From assembly GCA_951406725.2 (NCBI GenBank), contig OX597830.1:9858001-9922000 (forward strand): a DNA stretch of 64,000 nt, written 5' to 3'. Source of the stretch: Octopus vulgaris (lineage: Eukaryota). Made by a program: the position numbers and the translations under genes. Position 1 is the first letter of the stretch. Each line of letters opens with the position of its first letter. The notes below the pieces were generated by a model. The model ran no database searches, was not told the DNA's origin, and saw only the letters and a program-made list of their open reading frames with translations. This document shows positions 27,857 to 41,687 of the stretch, piece by piece.

Positions 27857-28486
27857 TGCATATACAGGCATTTATACATATATACATGCATATATTTACA
27901 TTTTAATGCATTAGTGCAAAAAGAGTCGTAACATATATGTGTGCGCATGTGTCTGTATGCATTTGTGTGTAAATATATATATATATATACATACACACGT
28001 ACATACATATATATCTCTGTGAGCGCCTAAGTGTGTGTCTGTGAGTGGGTATATGCGTATATATATATATATGTACATATATACATATATATGAGACATA
28101 TACATTCATAGACACGCACACACATACATACACTTATTTACACACATATATGTGTGTGTGTATCATTACATCATGACACTATGTATCTGCGTGCGTCAGT
28201 GTATTCGCGTAAGCATATCTATAAATCGTCGATTTTTCTGAACTGTTACAATCAATATTAATGAACTCTGTTCTACCCCATTTCGTTTTATCGTCCCCGC
28301 CATCGCCATCACCCCTCAGTGATATATAGCAAAATAAGCAGTACGTTATTGTTTGTATTTTATTAAATTATCTCCCCTTTCATCTTCGCTTTCCAAGTAC
28401 AAACACATTATGTTCAGCCATCCTTTTGCCAGAAAATCTCCTTCGGTACATATGATATTGTATATAAAAATAATAATAATATTTAA

Positions 28487-28732
28487 TCTATATCTGGATC
28501 ATGAACGGGTTTCCCTGAAACTTCTATCCACGCTGCGTTTCGAAAAATTGTAGTTACATAAATATGAAAGAGAAAGTGTTTTCAAATCGTTTATTACGTT
28601 AACCCTTCTTCTATATCTGGATCATGAACGGGTTTCCCTGAAACTTCTATCCACGCTGCGTTTCGAAAAATTGTAGTTACATAAATATGAAAGAGAAAGT
28701 GTTTTCAAATCGTTTATTACGTTAACCCTTCT
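28487..28732. repeat. Perfect 123-bp tandem duplication
   Basis: tctatatctggatcatgaacggg...acgttaacccttct at 28487-28609 and 28610-28732. Confidence 0.95.
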
Positions 28733-29418
28733 GGAAATATTTGCTGAACAAATCCCGTGACAATTAAAAGGATATTGCTAAATCGTTGAATATATTTTCG
28801 AGATTGTGTGTATGCCTACTACTGAATGAATATGGACATTCTGCAGCACACTGACAGGAAAATAACACACAGAAACACGTACCTACACACACACACACAT
28901 TTGTTGTATTATACAAATGATATAAAGAGAACTTAGACACCACTAATGAAAATCCAATAAAGAATCGAAAATCGAGTAAAGTTTGTTCTTCTAATGGAGA
29001 AATAGTTAAATTTGGTCTGTTAGTATATCTCCTACGTAGCTTGGCATATTATACCATGTCGATAATGTATGGCCTGAGATAGCCTGTTGACAGGACGCTG
29101 GTATTCGGTGCAAAATTAGATATTTATAATATGCAAATTAGTAGCTCCAGTTTTCTAAAGCTACTGGATTTGTGGTTTATATAAACAGACAGATTGGCAA
29201 CGTGTTTCTGGTAACTAGGTCACTGACGAGAGTTCAATAAGGTCCGAAAATTAATTAAGGCTGTTTATCATTTTGTTTTAATCTATAGAAAAGTAGTTAA
29301 AGGGCTTCCAAAGAATAAGTCCCTGGGTCGAGTTGCTCGACTAAAGGTGGTGCTCCAGCATGGCCGCAGTCAAATGACTGAAACAAGTAAAAGGGTAAAA
29401 GAGTAATATATATATATA

Positions 29419-29474
<56 letters not shown>

Positions 29475-30061
29475 TATGTGTAATGTGTGTTTGTATACAT
29501 ACGCACAGATAAATACGCATATACTGTTTCTTAGTTACAACAAGTAAAGCACTCACGGTCACAGATTGTCACATTCGGTCACAAATAACTGTATCGATAA
29601 AAACTTAGCAACAGTTGCACCCCCCCTAGTGTTACATTAGATTTAATATTTATTGAAACTTTCTTACTTAGCATCCTGAGACATCCACGTTCAATATATT
29701 TCAAAAACATCATCAATGATATTAGTAGGGAGACTTCTACTCTTTCCTGCAACAGAGAAATATTCTACACTTTGGGACCTCTTTCTAAAATATCCCTTTT
29801 CGAGGCAGCCAATCAAAGAAAAGTATTACATAGTAACCTTATTTATTCCCCCACCCTAACTAAGAAGAGTTACCGTAATATATGTCATTTCCACCATTCC
29901 ATTGAAGAAATATTTTCGCCTCAATAGACAAGACACCTATATTCATGGTATATAGTCAGAATTTTACCAGATACAATCATATTCTGCAATTAAGTTGGTT
30001 GTATAAGATCGTACATAACCACAAATAAAATTTAAATCACATGATCATACACGCACACACA

Positions 30062-30151
<90 letters not shown>

Positions 30152-30885
30152 AATACCCATTCGACAAATCCTGCGACATTAGAAAACATAATTTATGTGC
30201 TTGAGGACACCTCTATGACGCCTAACTCGGAAATGACACGTAAAGAATACTTAAGCGATGACTACGAAAGGTAGTATAAGTAAATATTCGATAATCATGT
30301 ATCTAGATTTTGATATCTAGAAAAAAGACACGCTTAAAATATTAGCTCTATACATTAAAGAATTAAAAGTAAAAAGATTCAGACTAAAGTATGGAGCCAA
30401 ACATATCGTTAGATCTTATACTTAAAAAAATGAAAGCAAACGATGTACTATATGCTAAGCAGAGAAAAAGAAATTTCTTAAATGTTTACATAATCAATTC
30501 CTATATCAAATCTCAGATGAAAAATGTTTGGAAAATTCAGACGTATTGAGAATCGCCTGGTGAAAACCTACTTCGCCATATGAAAATCACAGAAGTGCAT
30601 GTTCTTTCGTATTTCCTCTTTAATTTTTCTGCCCTTAATTTTCCCATCACACTCACTTCCAACTTCTCTCATCGTTATCAATTTCTACTCGCTCTCATTC
30701 TTTGTGTATTCATTGCCCTTCTACCTGCTTTACTTATTCAATTTTAGATTTTCCGAAAGAAAATTATATATCTTTTCAACAATCCCTCTGGAGATATCGC
30801 CTGAGACACTCACGAAGGAATAACTCATACCTTACCATCTGACAACTATACTCAATGAAAGCATAAGCATTTATAAGTACACGCA

Positions 30886-31270
30886 TCTTTTATCTGTTAT
30901 ACGTTTCAGTCATTAGACTACGGCCATGCTGGAACAACGCCTTGAAGAATTTTTAGTCGAATAAATCGACCACAATATATTTTTTTAAAGCCTGGTACAT
31001 ATTCCCTCGAGATCTTTTGACGAACACCTAAGTTACAGGGACGTAAACACACCAACACTAGTTGTGGGACAAACACAGGCACAAAGACACTCATACATGT
31101 ATATATATGACGGGCTTCTTACAGTTTCCGTCTACAAAATCCACTCACAAGGCTTTGATCAGCTCGAGGTATTGAGTAAAAGACACTTGCCCAAGGTGCC
31201 ACACATTGGAACTGAAGCCGAAACCATGTGGTTTGAAAGCAAGCTTCTTACCACACAGCCACTCCTGCGC
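30886..31270 (-). mobile_element. SINE family B, older copy
   Basis: Reverse complement of family B with more substitutions. Confidence 0.8.
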
Positions 31271-31532
31271 TTATATGTATAATCATATGTTAGTTTATAT
31301 TCGCATTTTTCTTAATATCTCAAGATGTTTGGAGGTACCATGTATGATTAACCACATCAAGACGAAACCTCTCGTAGCCCAGTATTGTTAAATGCATAGA
31401 TATGTTATGAATTATAGGTCTCTGAGGTGTGTGAGAAGGTGCGTGTATGTGTGTTGTGTATACAATATTTAACAGAAACTAAAAGAAATTTAAATCATAT
31501 TTTCAGGTAACTATTCATTAACCAAGTATGAG

Positions 31533-31625
<93 letters not shown>

Positions 31626-31634
31626 ACATACACA

Positions 31635-31985
31635 CACACATTAGAAATGCCATAAATAATGGGCTTTGCGTGTTTATTTCTTTGTGCATTGCAGAGTTAC
31701 ATCTGTTTCCGATATACATTATAGGTGCGTTTCTAGTTCTGTGTACTCAATCGATTGATCGGCTGAAAATATTGAGCGAGCGATTTTAACAAATGATGCA
31801 ACTCCAAGAGCGGGCTCTGAAGATGATAGTATTTTTTAAGGTCGTTCAATCTTTTAAATTGATCGATCAACCGATTGAGTCAACGGAACTATGAACGCAC
31901 ACATAATACACATCAGAAACAGCTATAGGTCTACGATGCCCAAATAAATATGTAAAACCCGCGATCTATGCCTTTTCTTGTATGT
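31635..31985. mobile_element. Fold-back element with degenerate HHR (31812-31932, +)
   Basis: gggct CTGAAGA tgatagtatt ...long loop... aatacacatca GAAAC AGCT ATA ggtct; left arm carries the inverted 3' half (GAAAC AGAT GTA on minus). Confidence 0.65.
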
Positions 31986-32529
31986 TACTCTGTGAAAAAT
32001 AACATACTAACGAGTAATAACAACTAAGAATTTACAAAATCGATTGCTGATTATCTTCAAGTTCGGATTCTTTCCTTGCCGCGGTAGATCTGTACCGACA
32101 AGAAAACCATTTTGTTTGTCTGGTGTATTTGTACTAATAGAGAGCTGTATGTTTGTGGGAATATATATAGATAAAAAATATTATAATTATGAGTATAATT
32201 ATAATTAGAGTTCAGCAAAAAATTTGCTTCACCCACATACCTAAATTTAGAAATAGCAGTTAAAACTAGCTATTTTCTTCTAGTAGAGAAATAGCTAGTT
32301 ATAAGTTCTATAAAAATTATTGTTTAAGTTTACTGATAATGGTTCTTTTAACATAGCGAACTACTTGGGAAAATTATTAATTATTAATTAATTAATTAAT
32401 TTTACTCTTTATTATTACAGATATAGATAGATAGAAACACACACAAATACACAAACATACACACCGACATACATATACATATGTGTGTGTATATAAATAT
32501 AAATATATGTATGCACACACACACACATA

Positions 32530-32594
<65 letters not shown>

Positions 32595-32617
32595 GTACGA
32601 ATATATATATATATATG

Positions 32618-32671
<54 letters not shown>

Positions 32672-32824
32672 AGTAAGAAGGAAAAAAGCGAAAATGCACT
32701 TGGGATATCAAAAAAATAAAGTCTTTTTTTAATAAAAAGTAATGATAAATATATACAATTAGATGAACTGAGGTAGAATTAAGAGGTATAAAAGTCATTA
32801 TTATGAATTATTAAAGGGATTCAA

Positions 32825-32877
<53 letters not shown>

Positions 32878-33904
32878 TATGCACATATATATACATATAT
32901 ATACATATCTATACATTTATACACGTACATATATATACATACGTATATACATACATATACATATATACATACACATATATATAGACATATATACATACAT
33001 ATACATATATATATACATATTGTACACACATACACAAACGTATATATATATATATATATATATATATGTCTGTGTGCGTGTGCGTGTGCGTGTGCGTGTG
33101 CGTGTGCGTGTGCGTGTTTGTGTGTGTGTCTGGATGTGTGTGTGTGTGTGTCTGTCTGTCTGTCTGTGTAATTTTGGTGCTAACGTAAAATGAATGCGTT
33201 TATTAAGTTTTGAGGCCAAATTCAGACGAACAAATACAGTTTCTTTCGGAGTTATGGGACACGGGATAGGTGCAGAAACCCCTATCTACAGTATGTCACT
33301 CGTAAGTTTGTTTTGAGCCTTTCTAAGCACCCTTAAGAATGAAAGTAGGTTGCTGCAATGGACCATAGGTAATACCACTCATAACAATTCACAGTTATAA
33401 TGTCAAGTGTGTGTGTCCGTGTATATGTGCGTGTGTGTGTATGTGTGTGTAATATCTGTGTAATGGTGGACAAACAGAGGTACAATTATGTTTTGCAGTG
33501 TGTGTACGTGAGTGTGTGTGTGTGTGTGTGTGTGCGTGTGTGTGTGTGTGGTAGATGTGGAGTTGTGTGTTTGTAGGTAAATATACAACTATATTTATAA
33601 CCGAAGTCTATCGCATTCAGGGCAATATAACCTAAATAGAAATATGTATGCTAATTAGATAAAGATGTGACCCACGAGGGCTTGCATACATATGAATATT
33701 TGAAAGTCTCTTCGGAAATACAATGTAAACAAGAATATATATATATGAATATACGAGTGCGTGTACATATATATGTGTATGTGTGTGCGTGTATTTTTGT
33801 GTAAGTATGCGTATTTATATATATATGTATACACACGCACGTGCCCACACTCAGATATATATATATATATATATATATACGTGTATATGTATAATATATA
33901 TATA

Positions 33905-33975
<71 letters not shown>

Positions 33976-34349
33976 GTGTAGGTATCTATGTATGTATATA
34001 TGAATAGACACTGAGAGATATTCATGGACATAATTGTACATAGCATACAGACATATATATATGCATAAATATACAATCACCCAGACAGCAATACACGTGT
34101 GTATATATTTTATACAAATATTGTCCTATGCATACTACTGTGTGTGTGTGGGTGTGTGGGTGTGAGTACATAGATATTTGCACGGATGTACATTTGTTTA
34201 TATGCATATATGCATTGACAAATGTATATATGCTTGCCTATAGACATCTACATACAATCATGAAAATACATATTTTACAGAACTCACACAAGAGAGATGC
34301 AACCTGTTAATGAAATATGAGATATAAGAATGAGCAGGACATCTCGGTA

Positions 34350-34501
<152 letters not shown>

Positions 34502-34549
34502 GTCTATCTCTCTGTCTATATATCTCTGTCTATTTATCTGTCTATCTAT

Positions 34550-34603
<54 letters not shown>

Positions 34604-35649
34604 GTATATCTATCTCTCTATCTATCTCGCTATCTATATAAACATATATGCATATATACGTGTGTGTGTATATATATAGAGAGAGATAGGGAGGGCGGGA
34701 GTTATGGAGCAAAGGAGAGAGAGAGAGGGAGAATCAAAGGAGGAAGAAGTATATATGTCTTGATTTCCTGTTTCCTAACACAATATAAAGTGGTTTGTGC
34801 GTGATATTGCCAAGAGGACATAACTTTGGATAAAAGCAATAACATATCGATAAAATAGAAAACGACGAATCCGAAGGAGACAGAGAAGCCACAAATAGCT
34901 GGTGATCAATAAAAGATCAATAGAAAAGGTAACACTACAGAGACATCTGCATGCAATTCTCACAAAAAGAATTTTCTCGTTTGTGCAGAAACAAAAACCT
35001 CGACCAATGCACGGATACATTCCGCGCTAATCCACTTCGTTATTGAGAATAAAAAGTTATAGAACACTGTTGTGAACGTATATGAGGTAGAAGGGTTGAA
35101 ATCATCTAGGTGGGTCAACAGCAGATACAATACCTAGAAAGACGAATGTATTTCTTCATTGATTCTTCAGTTTAGAACCGTCTCCGCTGAACGAGTTAAC
35201 AGATGAAAGTATTTGTGCGTATGGTTATCAATTAACTCAAAGATGGCAAACTTAAAACTGTCTTTTTATATGGTCGACATAACACATATTTTCCAGTGAA
35301 TATAGGTAACAGAAAGTTTTGCTGTTCATCACAGTTTTTATTGATGACATCAACACGGCAGAAGAGGTCAAATTCGGTAAACGCGTTAAGGCTAAGGAAG
35401 CATTCAAAAGTAGCCAGCTGGTAAATATTACGGATTTAGGAAATATATGCGCTGTGCAGATCAAGAGGTTTTCTTGAAATCTAGTGTTAAAAGGACTGCC
35501 GTATCGAAGACGAAGGGCTGAGAGAAGAATGAAAGAATTTACAACGTTTATTAAGGCAACAATATGTTAGGAATTAAACACACAACAAATACTTTATATT
35601 TAAGAAGCGCCATAACTGATAAAGCCTGTAAACACAGTTACCGGTTGTT

Positions 35650-36062
35650 CCTTAGCAGAATAGTTAGCACGACGGGCGATATGCTTAGAGGTATTTCGTC
35701 TGCCGTTACGTTCTGAGTTCAAATTCCGCCGAGGTCGACTTTGCCTTTCATCCTTTCGGGGTCGATAAATTAAGTATCAGTTATGCACTGGGGTCGATGT
35801 AATCGACTTAATCCCTTTGTCTGTCCTTGTTTGTCCCCTCTATGTTTAGCTCCTTGTGGACAATAAAGAAAAAAAGAATCGTTAGGACGCCGTACGAAAT
35901 GCCGTTACGTTCTGAGTTCAAATTCCGCCGAGGTCGACTTTGCCTTTCATACTTTCGGGGTCGATTAAGTAAGTACCTGTTACACACTGGAGTCGATGTA
36001 ATCGACTTAAACCCTTTGTTTGTCCCCTTTATGTTTAGCCCCCTGTGGGCAATAAAGAAATA
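35650..36062 (+). mobile_element. SINE family A, two units
   Basis: Family A core repeated. Confidence 0.85.
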
Positions 36063-36390
36063 TCTATTTCATTTTTCTTCTTTTTCAATAAGTTATTGCT
36101 AGTTTATGTTCCCAAAATTGTGAAATATCTAACAAATGTTTCGGAAGTGTTTGAAGCGTACGAAAGGCGAGTAGATTGGTGACTTCCATTTGTGTATAAC
36201 TTCAGCCACTCATTTACTCATTTGACTGCGGGCATACTGGAGCACCACTTTAGGCGAAATAATCGACCTCAAGACTTATTCTTTGTTAGCCTGGTACTTA
36301 TTCTATCGTTCCCTTTTGCCTAAACGTTAATTTACGGGGTCGTAAACGCATTAACATCGGTTGTCAAGCGATCGTGACACAAATACATAC

Positions 36391-36434
<44 letters not shown>

Positions 36435-36455
36435 GTATATATAAATATGTATGTA

Positions 36456-36489
<34 letters not shown>

Positions 36490-36608
36490 CATGTATGTAT
36501 GTATGTATGTATGTATATATGTATGTATGTACGTATGTATGTATGTATGCATGTATGTATGTATGTATGTATGTATGTATGTATGTATGTATGCATGTAT
36601 GTATGTAT

Positions 36609-36755
36609 AGGGAGAATTCACAAAAATAACAAAAGACGAAGTCCGGTGGTGTTGACAACAAACAAATGTATTAGTATAACGCTCGAGAAGTGAAAATGTC
36701 TTTAACGTTTCGAGCCTACGCTCTTCCACAGAAAGGAACACAGAAAGAAATGTGT
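36609..36755 (-). mobile_element. HHR-bearing short element, subfamily 2, nested in the microsatellite of a family B SINE
   Basis: Minus strand cttt CTGTGGA a gagc gtag gctc GAAAC GTT aaag at 36700-36735; family B halves at about 36215-36380 and 36786-36940. Confidence 0.75.
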
Positions 36756-37289
36756 AACATATATATATATATATATATATATATACGACAGGCTTCTTTC
36801 AGTTTCCGTTTACCTAATCACAGGGCTTTGGTTGACCCGAGGCTATAGTAGAAGACGCTTGCCCAAGGTGCCATGCACTGGGACTGAACCGGGAACCATG
36901 GGGTTGGGAAGCAAGCTTCTTACCCCACAGCCACTCCATTTATAAAAAATATACAGATATAATTTTGATAAATAATAAGTGATCACACTATGACCAAGAT
37001 AATAAATACTGTCTAAATAAAACCTCTAGCTACTAACGTCAGTTACCTATATGGTGTATGGATGTGCGTGTGTGTGTGTGTGTGTGTAGCAAGGCTACCA
37101 AATGAGGAGCAACGGTATAATTAAACAGAGACACAAAATATAATTGGACATAATCCCTGGGATTGTCTCCGTGAGAATTTGTCAGTTGAACAAATTAGAT
37201 TCAATTTATATAATCCTGTGAGAAATGTTACAAGAAGACAAAGACAGAGAGAAACGAAATCAAATTAATTTCGACATTGTCGTAAATAA

Positions 37290-37990
37290 TGGTTTGAAAT
37301 TTTGGTACATGGCAGACAATTCTAAGGGAGAATTATCGATTACCACCACCTCCGTGCTCAACTACTACTTAATGTTATCGACCCCGAAAGGATAAAAGGC
37401 AGAGAAAGTCGACCTCACTCGAGGGAATTTGAACTCAAAACGCAGAGAGCTGGAAGAAATACCTATTTCTTTACTACACACACGGGGCTAAACACAGAGA
37501 GGACAAACAATGACAGACAAACAGATTAAGTCGATTATATCGACCCCAGTACATAACTGGTACTTATTTAATCGACTCCGAAAGGACGAGAGGCAAAGTC
37601 GACCTCGGCGGAATTTGAACTCAGAATGTAACGGCAGACGAAATACTTATTTCTTTAATACCCACAAGGGGCTAAACATAGAGGGGACAAACAAGGATAG
37701 ACATAGGTATTAAGTCGATTATATCGACCCCAGTGGGTAGCTGATACTTAATTTATCGACCCCGAAAGGATGAAAGGCAAAGTCGACCTCGGCGGAATTT
37801 GAACTCACAACGTAACGGCAGACGAAATACCGCTGTATTGTGTCTGTCTTCTGAGTTCAAATTCTGCCAACGTCGACTTGGTTTTTCATCCTTTCAGAGT
37901 GAATGAAATAAGTACCAGATACGACTTAATCCCTTTGTCTGTCCTTGTTTGTTCCCTCTATGTTTAGCCCCTTGTGGGCAATAAAGGAAT
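37290..37990 (-). mobile_element. SINE family A array, followed by a + strand partial copy
   Basis: Family A core repeated three times on minus, then inverted partial from about 37840. Confidence 0.8.
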
Positions 37991-38294
37991 AAATATATCT
38001 GTATAATGTATGTATGTACGTACCTTATCTATCTACCTACCTACCTGTCTATGTATCTGTCTAGGCTTTTCTTTCCATGAATAAACCTAATCTTTTTATA
38101 TTGACATTTCTGTAATACACGATCCCTATAGATCGGCTTTTTTTTTCCACGATCCCTTTTGATCGAAATTCGATCCACTTTTTTTTTTCTCTTCTTCCCC
38201 AAAATAAAAGCTCTACTTTGTATTTTGTCCCTTCTATGTTCAGGCTTGTGTGGCCAATAACGAAACATATATATCTATCTACCTATCATTATGC

Positions 38295-38356
<62 letters not shown>

Positions 38357-38807
38357 CAGGGGATATTAAAATGGCATAAAGGCGGAGAATTAAACAGAAT
38401 TACAATTTACAAATGTTACAGGCCGGTACGTAATATTGCCTAATAATATTATTAGAATGCATAATTGAATATAGAATTCTGGTTGTAGCAATGCCCTTTT
38501 TTTCACAACTAGAAAAAAAAAACAGATCACGCACACGCGCACGCATACACCTATACACGTATAAACATTCCTTTTTGGAATAATGTGTCTCGAAGCGCAT
38601 CACATATTGCTGTACAGAATAATACGTAAATATTGGTTTGAAATATTTATATGCAATCTTTATATGCTAAATGTTTATAAGTGTATATGGTGTGTTCGGG
38701 AAACATTATTACAAAACATAGTATTTCACATCCTCACAAAATTCTACAAAACTCTTATGACGTCACCAAATTATATATAATACATGTAAATGTTATATAT
38801 TCTTTTA

Positions 38808-39215
38808 GATGTTTCAGTCAATTTGACTACGGACATGCTGGAGCACCGGCTTAAGTCGAACAAATTGGCCGCAGGACTTATTCTTTGTAAGCGTAGCACT
38901 TATTCTATCAGCCTCTTTTGCCGAACCCATAATTTACGGGGACGTAAACACATCAGCCTCGGTTGTCAAACTATGTTGGTGGGGGACAAACACACACACA
39001 CACATACACACACAAACACACATACACACACACACACAAACACACATACACGCACATGTTTATGTATATATACGACACGCTTCTTTCAGTTTCCGTCTAC
39101 CAAATCCACTCACAAGGTTTTGGTCGACCCGAGGCTATAGTAGAAGACAGGCAATGGGACTGAACCCGGAACCATTTGGTTGGTAAGTAAGCTTCTTACC
39201 ACACATCCACTTCTA
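38808..39215 (-). mobile_element. SINE family B
   Basis: Reverse complement of family B consensus seen elsewhere in the window. Confidence 0.85.
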
Positions 39216-39686
39216 CTCCTATCTGTAGTCATTATATATCTTTAAAATAATGTATATTGTGCATATACATGCTATACATATTCGTAAAAAATATATATAC
39301 TCAACTAACTTATCTATCATTCTATCTATCGATCTCTCTGTCTGTCTATATATATACATATATATACATACATACATACATACATACATACATACATACA
39401 TACATACATACATACATACATACATACATACACACACACATACATATATACATATACATACACACATATATATATACATATACATACACACATACATATA
39501 CACTTATATATATATATATATATATACATATACACATATCTATACACAGACACCCATACACACAAACACACACACTTATATATATATATATATATATACC
39601 TAGAATTCCTGCTTATCGTTAATTTATATTGATGAGTCTCTTGTGAGGTACATTTATAAGCCATTATGCTTCTACATATAAATGTG

Positions 39687-39723
<37 letters not shown>

Positions 39724-39933
39724 GGCGTATATGTGTGTACGTCTGTTTTTATAACGCTATGCATGGCACTGTTTGAGTGTGGAGGGGGATGCGTGCCTGT
39801 GTTTTGTTTTGTTTTTATTTTTAAAATCAAGAGCAAGTTAAATGGTTTAGTATTTCCTCGACACAGTTAATATGTTCAGTCGTTCCGGTCTCGCATTAAG
39901 TAGGGAAGGCGCCGAAATTTCGGGAAATTACCC

Positions 39934-39965
<32 letters not shown>

Positions 39966-40197
39966 CATACATACATACATACATACATACATACATACAC
40001 ACATACATACATACATGTGCTCATAGGAAAGCATTCTTTTTTCTGTCGAGGGCTTATATGTCCCTTTCTTAGACTATTATCCTTAGTCCTTGCACAGTGG
40101 TCGCCATAAGTTTTAGGCTTATATGAAATCACAATTATTATTATTGACAGGATTGGAAATCACGTTGCCGTAATAAAAAAAACCATTCACACCGAAA

Positions 40198-40255
<58 letters not shown>

Positions 40256-40259
<4 letters not shown>

Positions 40260-40596
40260 CTTATATAAGGCAAAGAAAAATTCCAATAAATATGCCGAAA
40301 ATAGACAAATAGTCAATCATTATAATATGCGTCTGAAACAACGATAGAAATTTCGCGTATTGGTGAGTTAATCGAATTTTCCTTCAGCGATAAATACGTA
40401 AGACTTAAATGAAATACTTACTTACCCTCACTAATTCTTGCCTTTTTCCTTACGTATTTATCGCTGACGAAAGTTCCTAGCTCCGAACTACGGTATTAAC
40501 GGATTTTAGAAACTCTATCGGATTGTTATAATGCTTATTGACTATTTGTCCATTTTCGGCATGTTTGGCATTTTCTTTCCTTATTTTATAAGTTAT
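40256..40596. mobile_element. Fold-back element with HHR-like remnants in both arms
   Basis: Arms about 40256-40402 / 40449-40596; cttacgtatttatcgCTGACGA aagttcc...ggatttt a GAAA on +, CTGAAGG...GAAA on -. Confidence 0.6.
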
Positions 40597-40697
40597 TTAT
40601 AAATTTCCTTTGAAGGTATTTTTTAATATGCTGGCATTGATAAAATTTTTTTTAAAATTTATCCTACATTTCATGTATACATACATATATATATATG

Positions 40698-40748
<51 letters not shown>

Positions 40749-40936
40749 TTCTGTGACCGCGTGTGTATCGTTGGCGATTTTCTTCTCCGTCTTCCCTTCC
40801 TTGAACCTTTCTTTTTCTATGTTTCTGACGAAGAGCTCTGTGCTCGAAACGTTAAATCCTCCTACTTTCCTTTCCTGAGCGTCCAATAGCACTATACTTC
40901 TTCCACGTCCTCGCTTTTCTTTGTTCATGTTTGGAT

Positions 40937-40941
<5 letters not shown>
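40749..40941 (+). mobile_element. HHR-bearing short element, subfamily 1, between (TA)n tracts
   Basis: Ends catgtttggattaact then (AT)n, the same terminus as the 16773 copy. Confidence 0.8.
40821..40857 (+). ncRNA. Minimal type I hammerhead ribozyme
   Basis: gttt CTGACGA a gagc tctgt gctc GAAAC GTT aaat. Confidence 0.8.
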
Positions 40942-41000
<59 letters not shown>

Positions 41001-41056
41001 CATATCATACATATACATATATCAAATATAAATTAAAAATAGAATACAAAGGATAT

Positions 41057-41149
41057 CGCGGTACACGTGTTTCAAGCTTTATAAGCAATCCGTTATTACA
41101 TCAGTATACTATTGATATAAAAGATGGTTTAAAGCTTTCTTCAGCCGTA
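41057..41149 (-). ncRNA. Type I hammerhead ribozyme inside a fold-back element (41026-41230)
   Basis: Minus strand tacgg CTGAAGA aagcttta ... taaagctt GAAAC ACGT GTA ccgcg; 8-bp stem II; palindromic stem III. Confidence 0.85.
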
Positions 41150-41260
41150 AGCATTGTTAGTTCAAAGATTGTTTATAAAGCTTGAAACACGTGTACCGCG
41201 ATATCCTTTGTATTCTGTTTTTAATTTATATATATATCTATATATGTATATATACATATA

Positions 41261-41329
<69 letters not shown>

Positions 41330-41336
<7 letters not shown>

Positions 41337-41482
41337 ACAGTGGTGTTGCAAAATTTGTCTTGTGCATTATTAAATTCCATTATGTCCTTTATATTGTTTT
41401 AAAATTTCATGGATTTATTTGTAAAGTTAAGGAAGTTATTAAAAACTGAAACCTATCAGTGATGTTTGGGACACCCTGTATA
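41330..41482 (-). mobile_element. Tc1/mariner-type terminal fragment
   Basis: Minus strand TA-TACAGGGTGTCCCAAAC, a typical Tc1/mariner TIR start. Confidence 0.45.
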
Positions 41483-41651
41483 TGAACCTGTGTTTATCGA
41501 AGATTATTATAGATTTGCCATCGATTTTATAACTAATATAATATGTCGATGTGTGTGTGTGTGTTTGTGTGTGTTTGTGTGTGTGCGCGTGTGTGTTTGT
41601 GTGTGTGTAAATATATTTATATAAATGTTTATACATTGATTCCACGTGAGT

Positions 41652-41687
41652 TGCCACACGGTGTTTCTCGCTCCCGATCCTCAGGCA
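41652..41687 (-). ncRNA. Minimal hammerhead motif with non-canonical GUG cleavage triplet
   Basis: Minus strand tgc CTGAGGA tcg ggag cga GAAA CAC C GTG TG gca. Confidence 0.6.

Noticed and set aside
29218-29262. CTGACGA...GAAA ATTAAT TA hammerhead candidate
   Set aside because: Stem II is poor and stem I is absent; could be chance or heavily decayed
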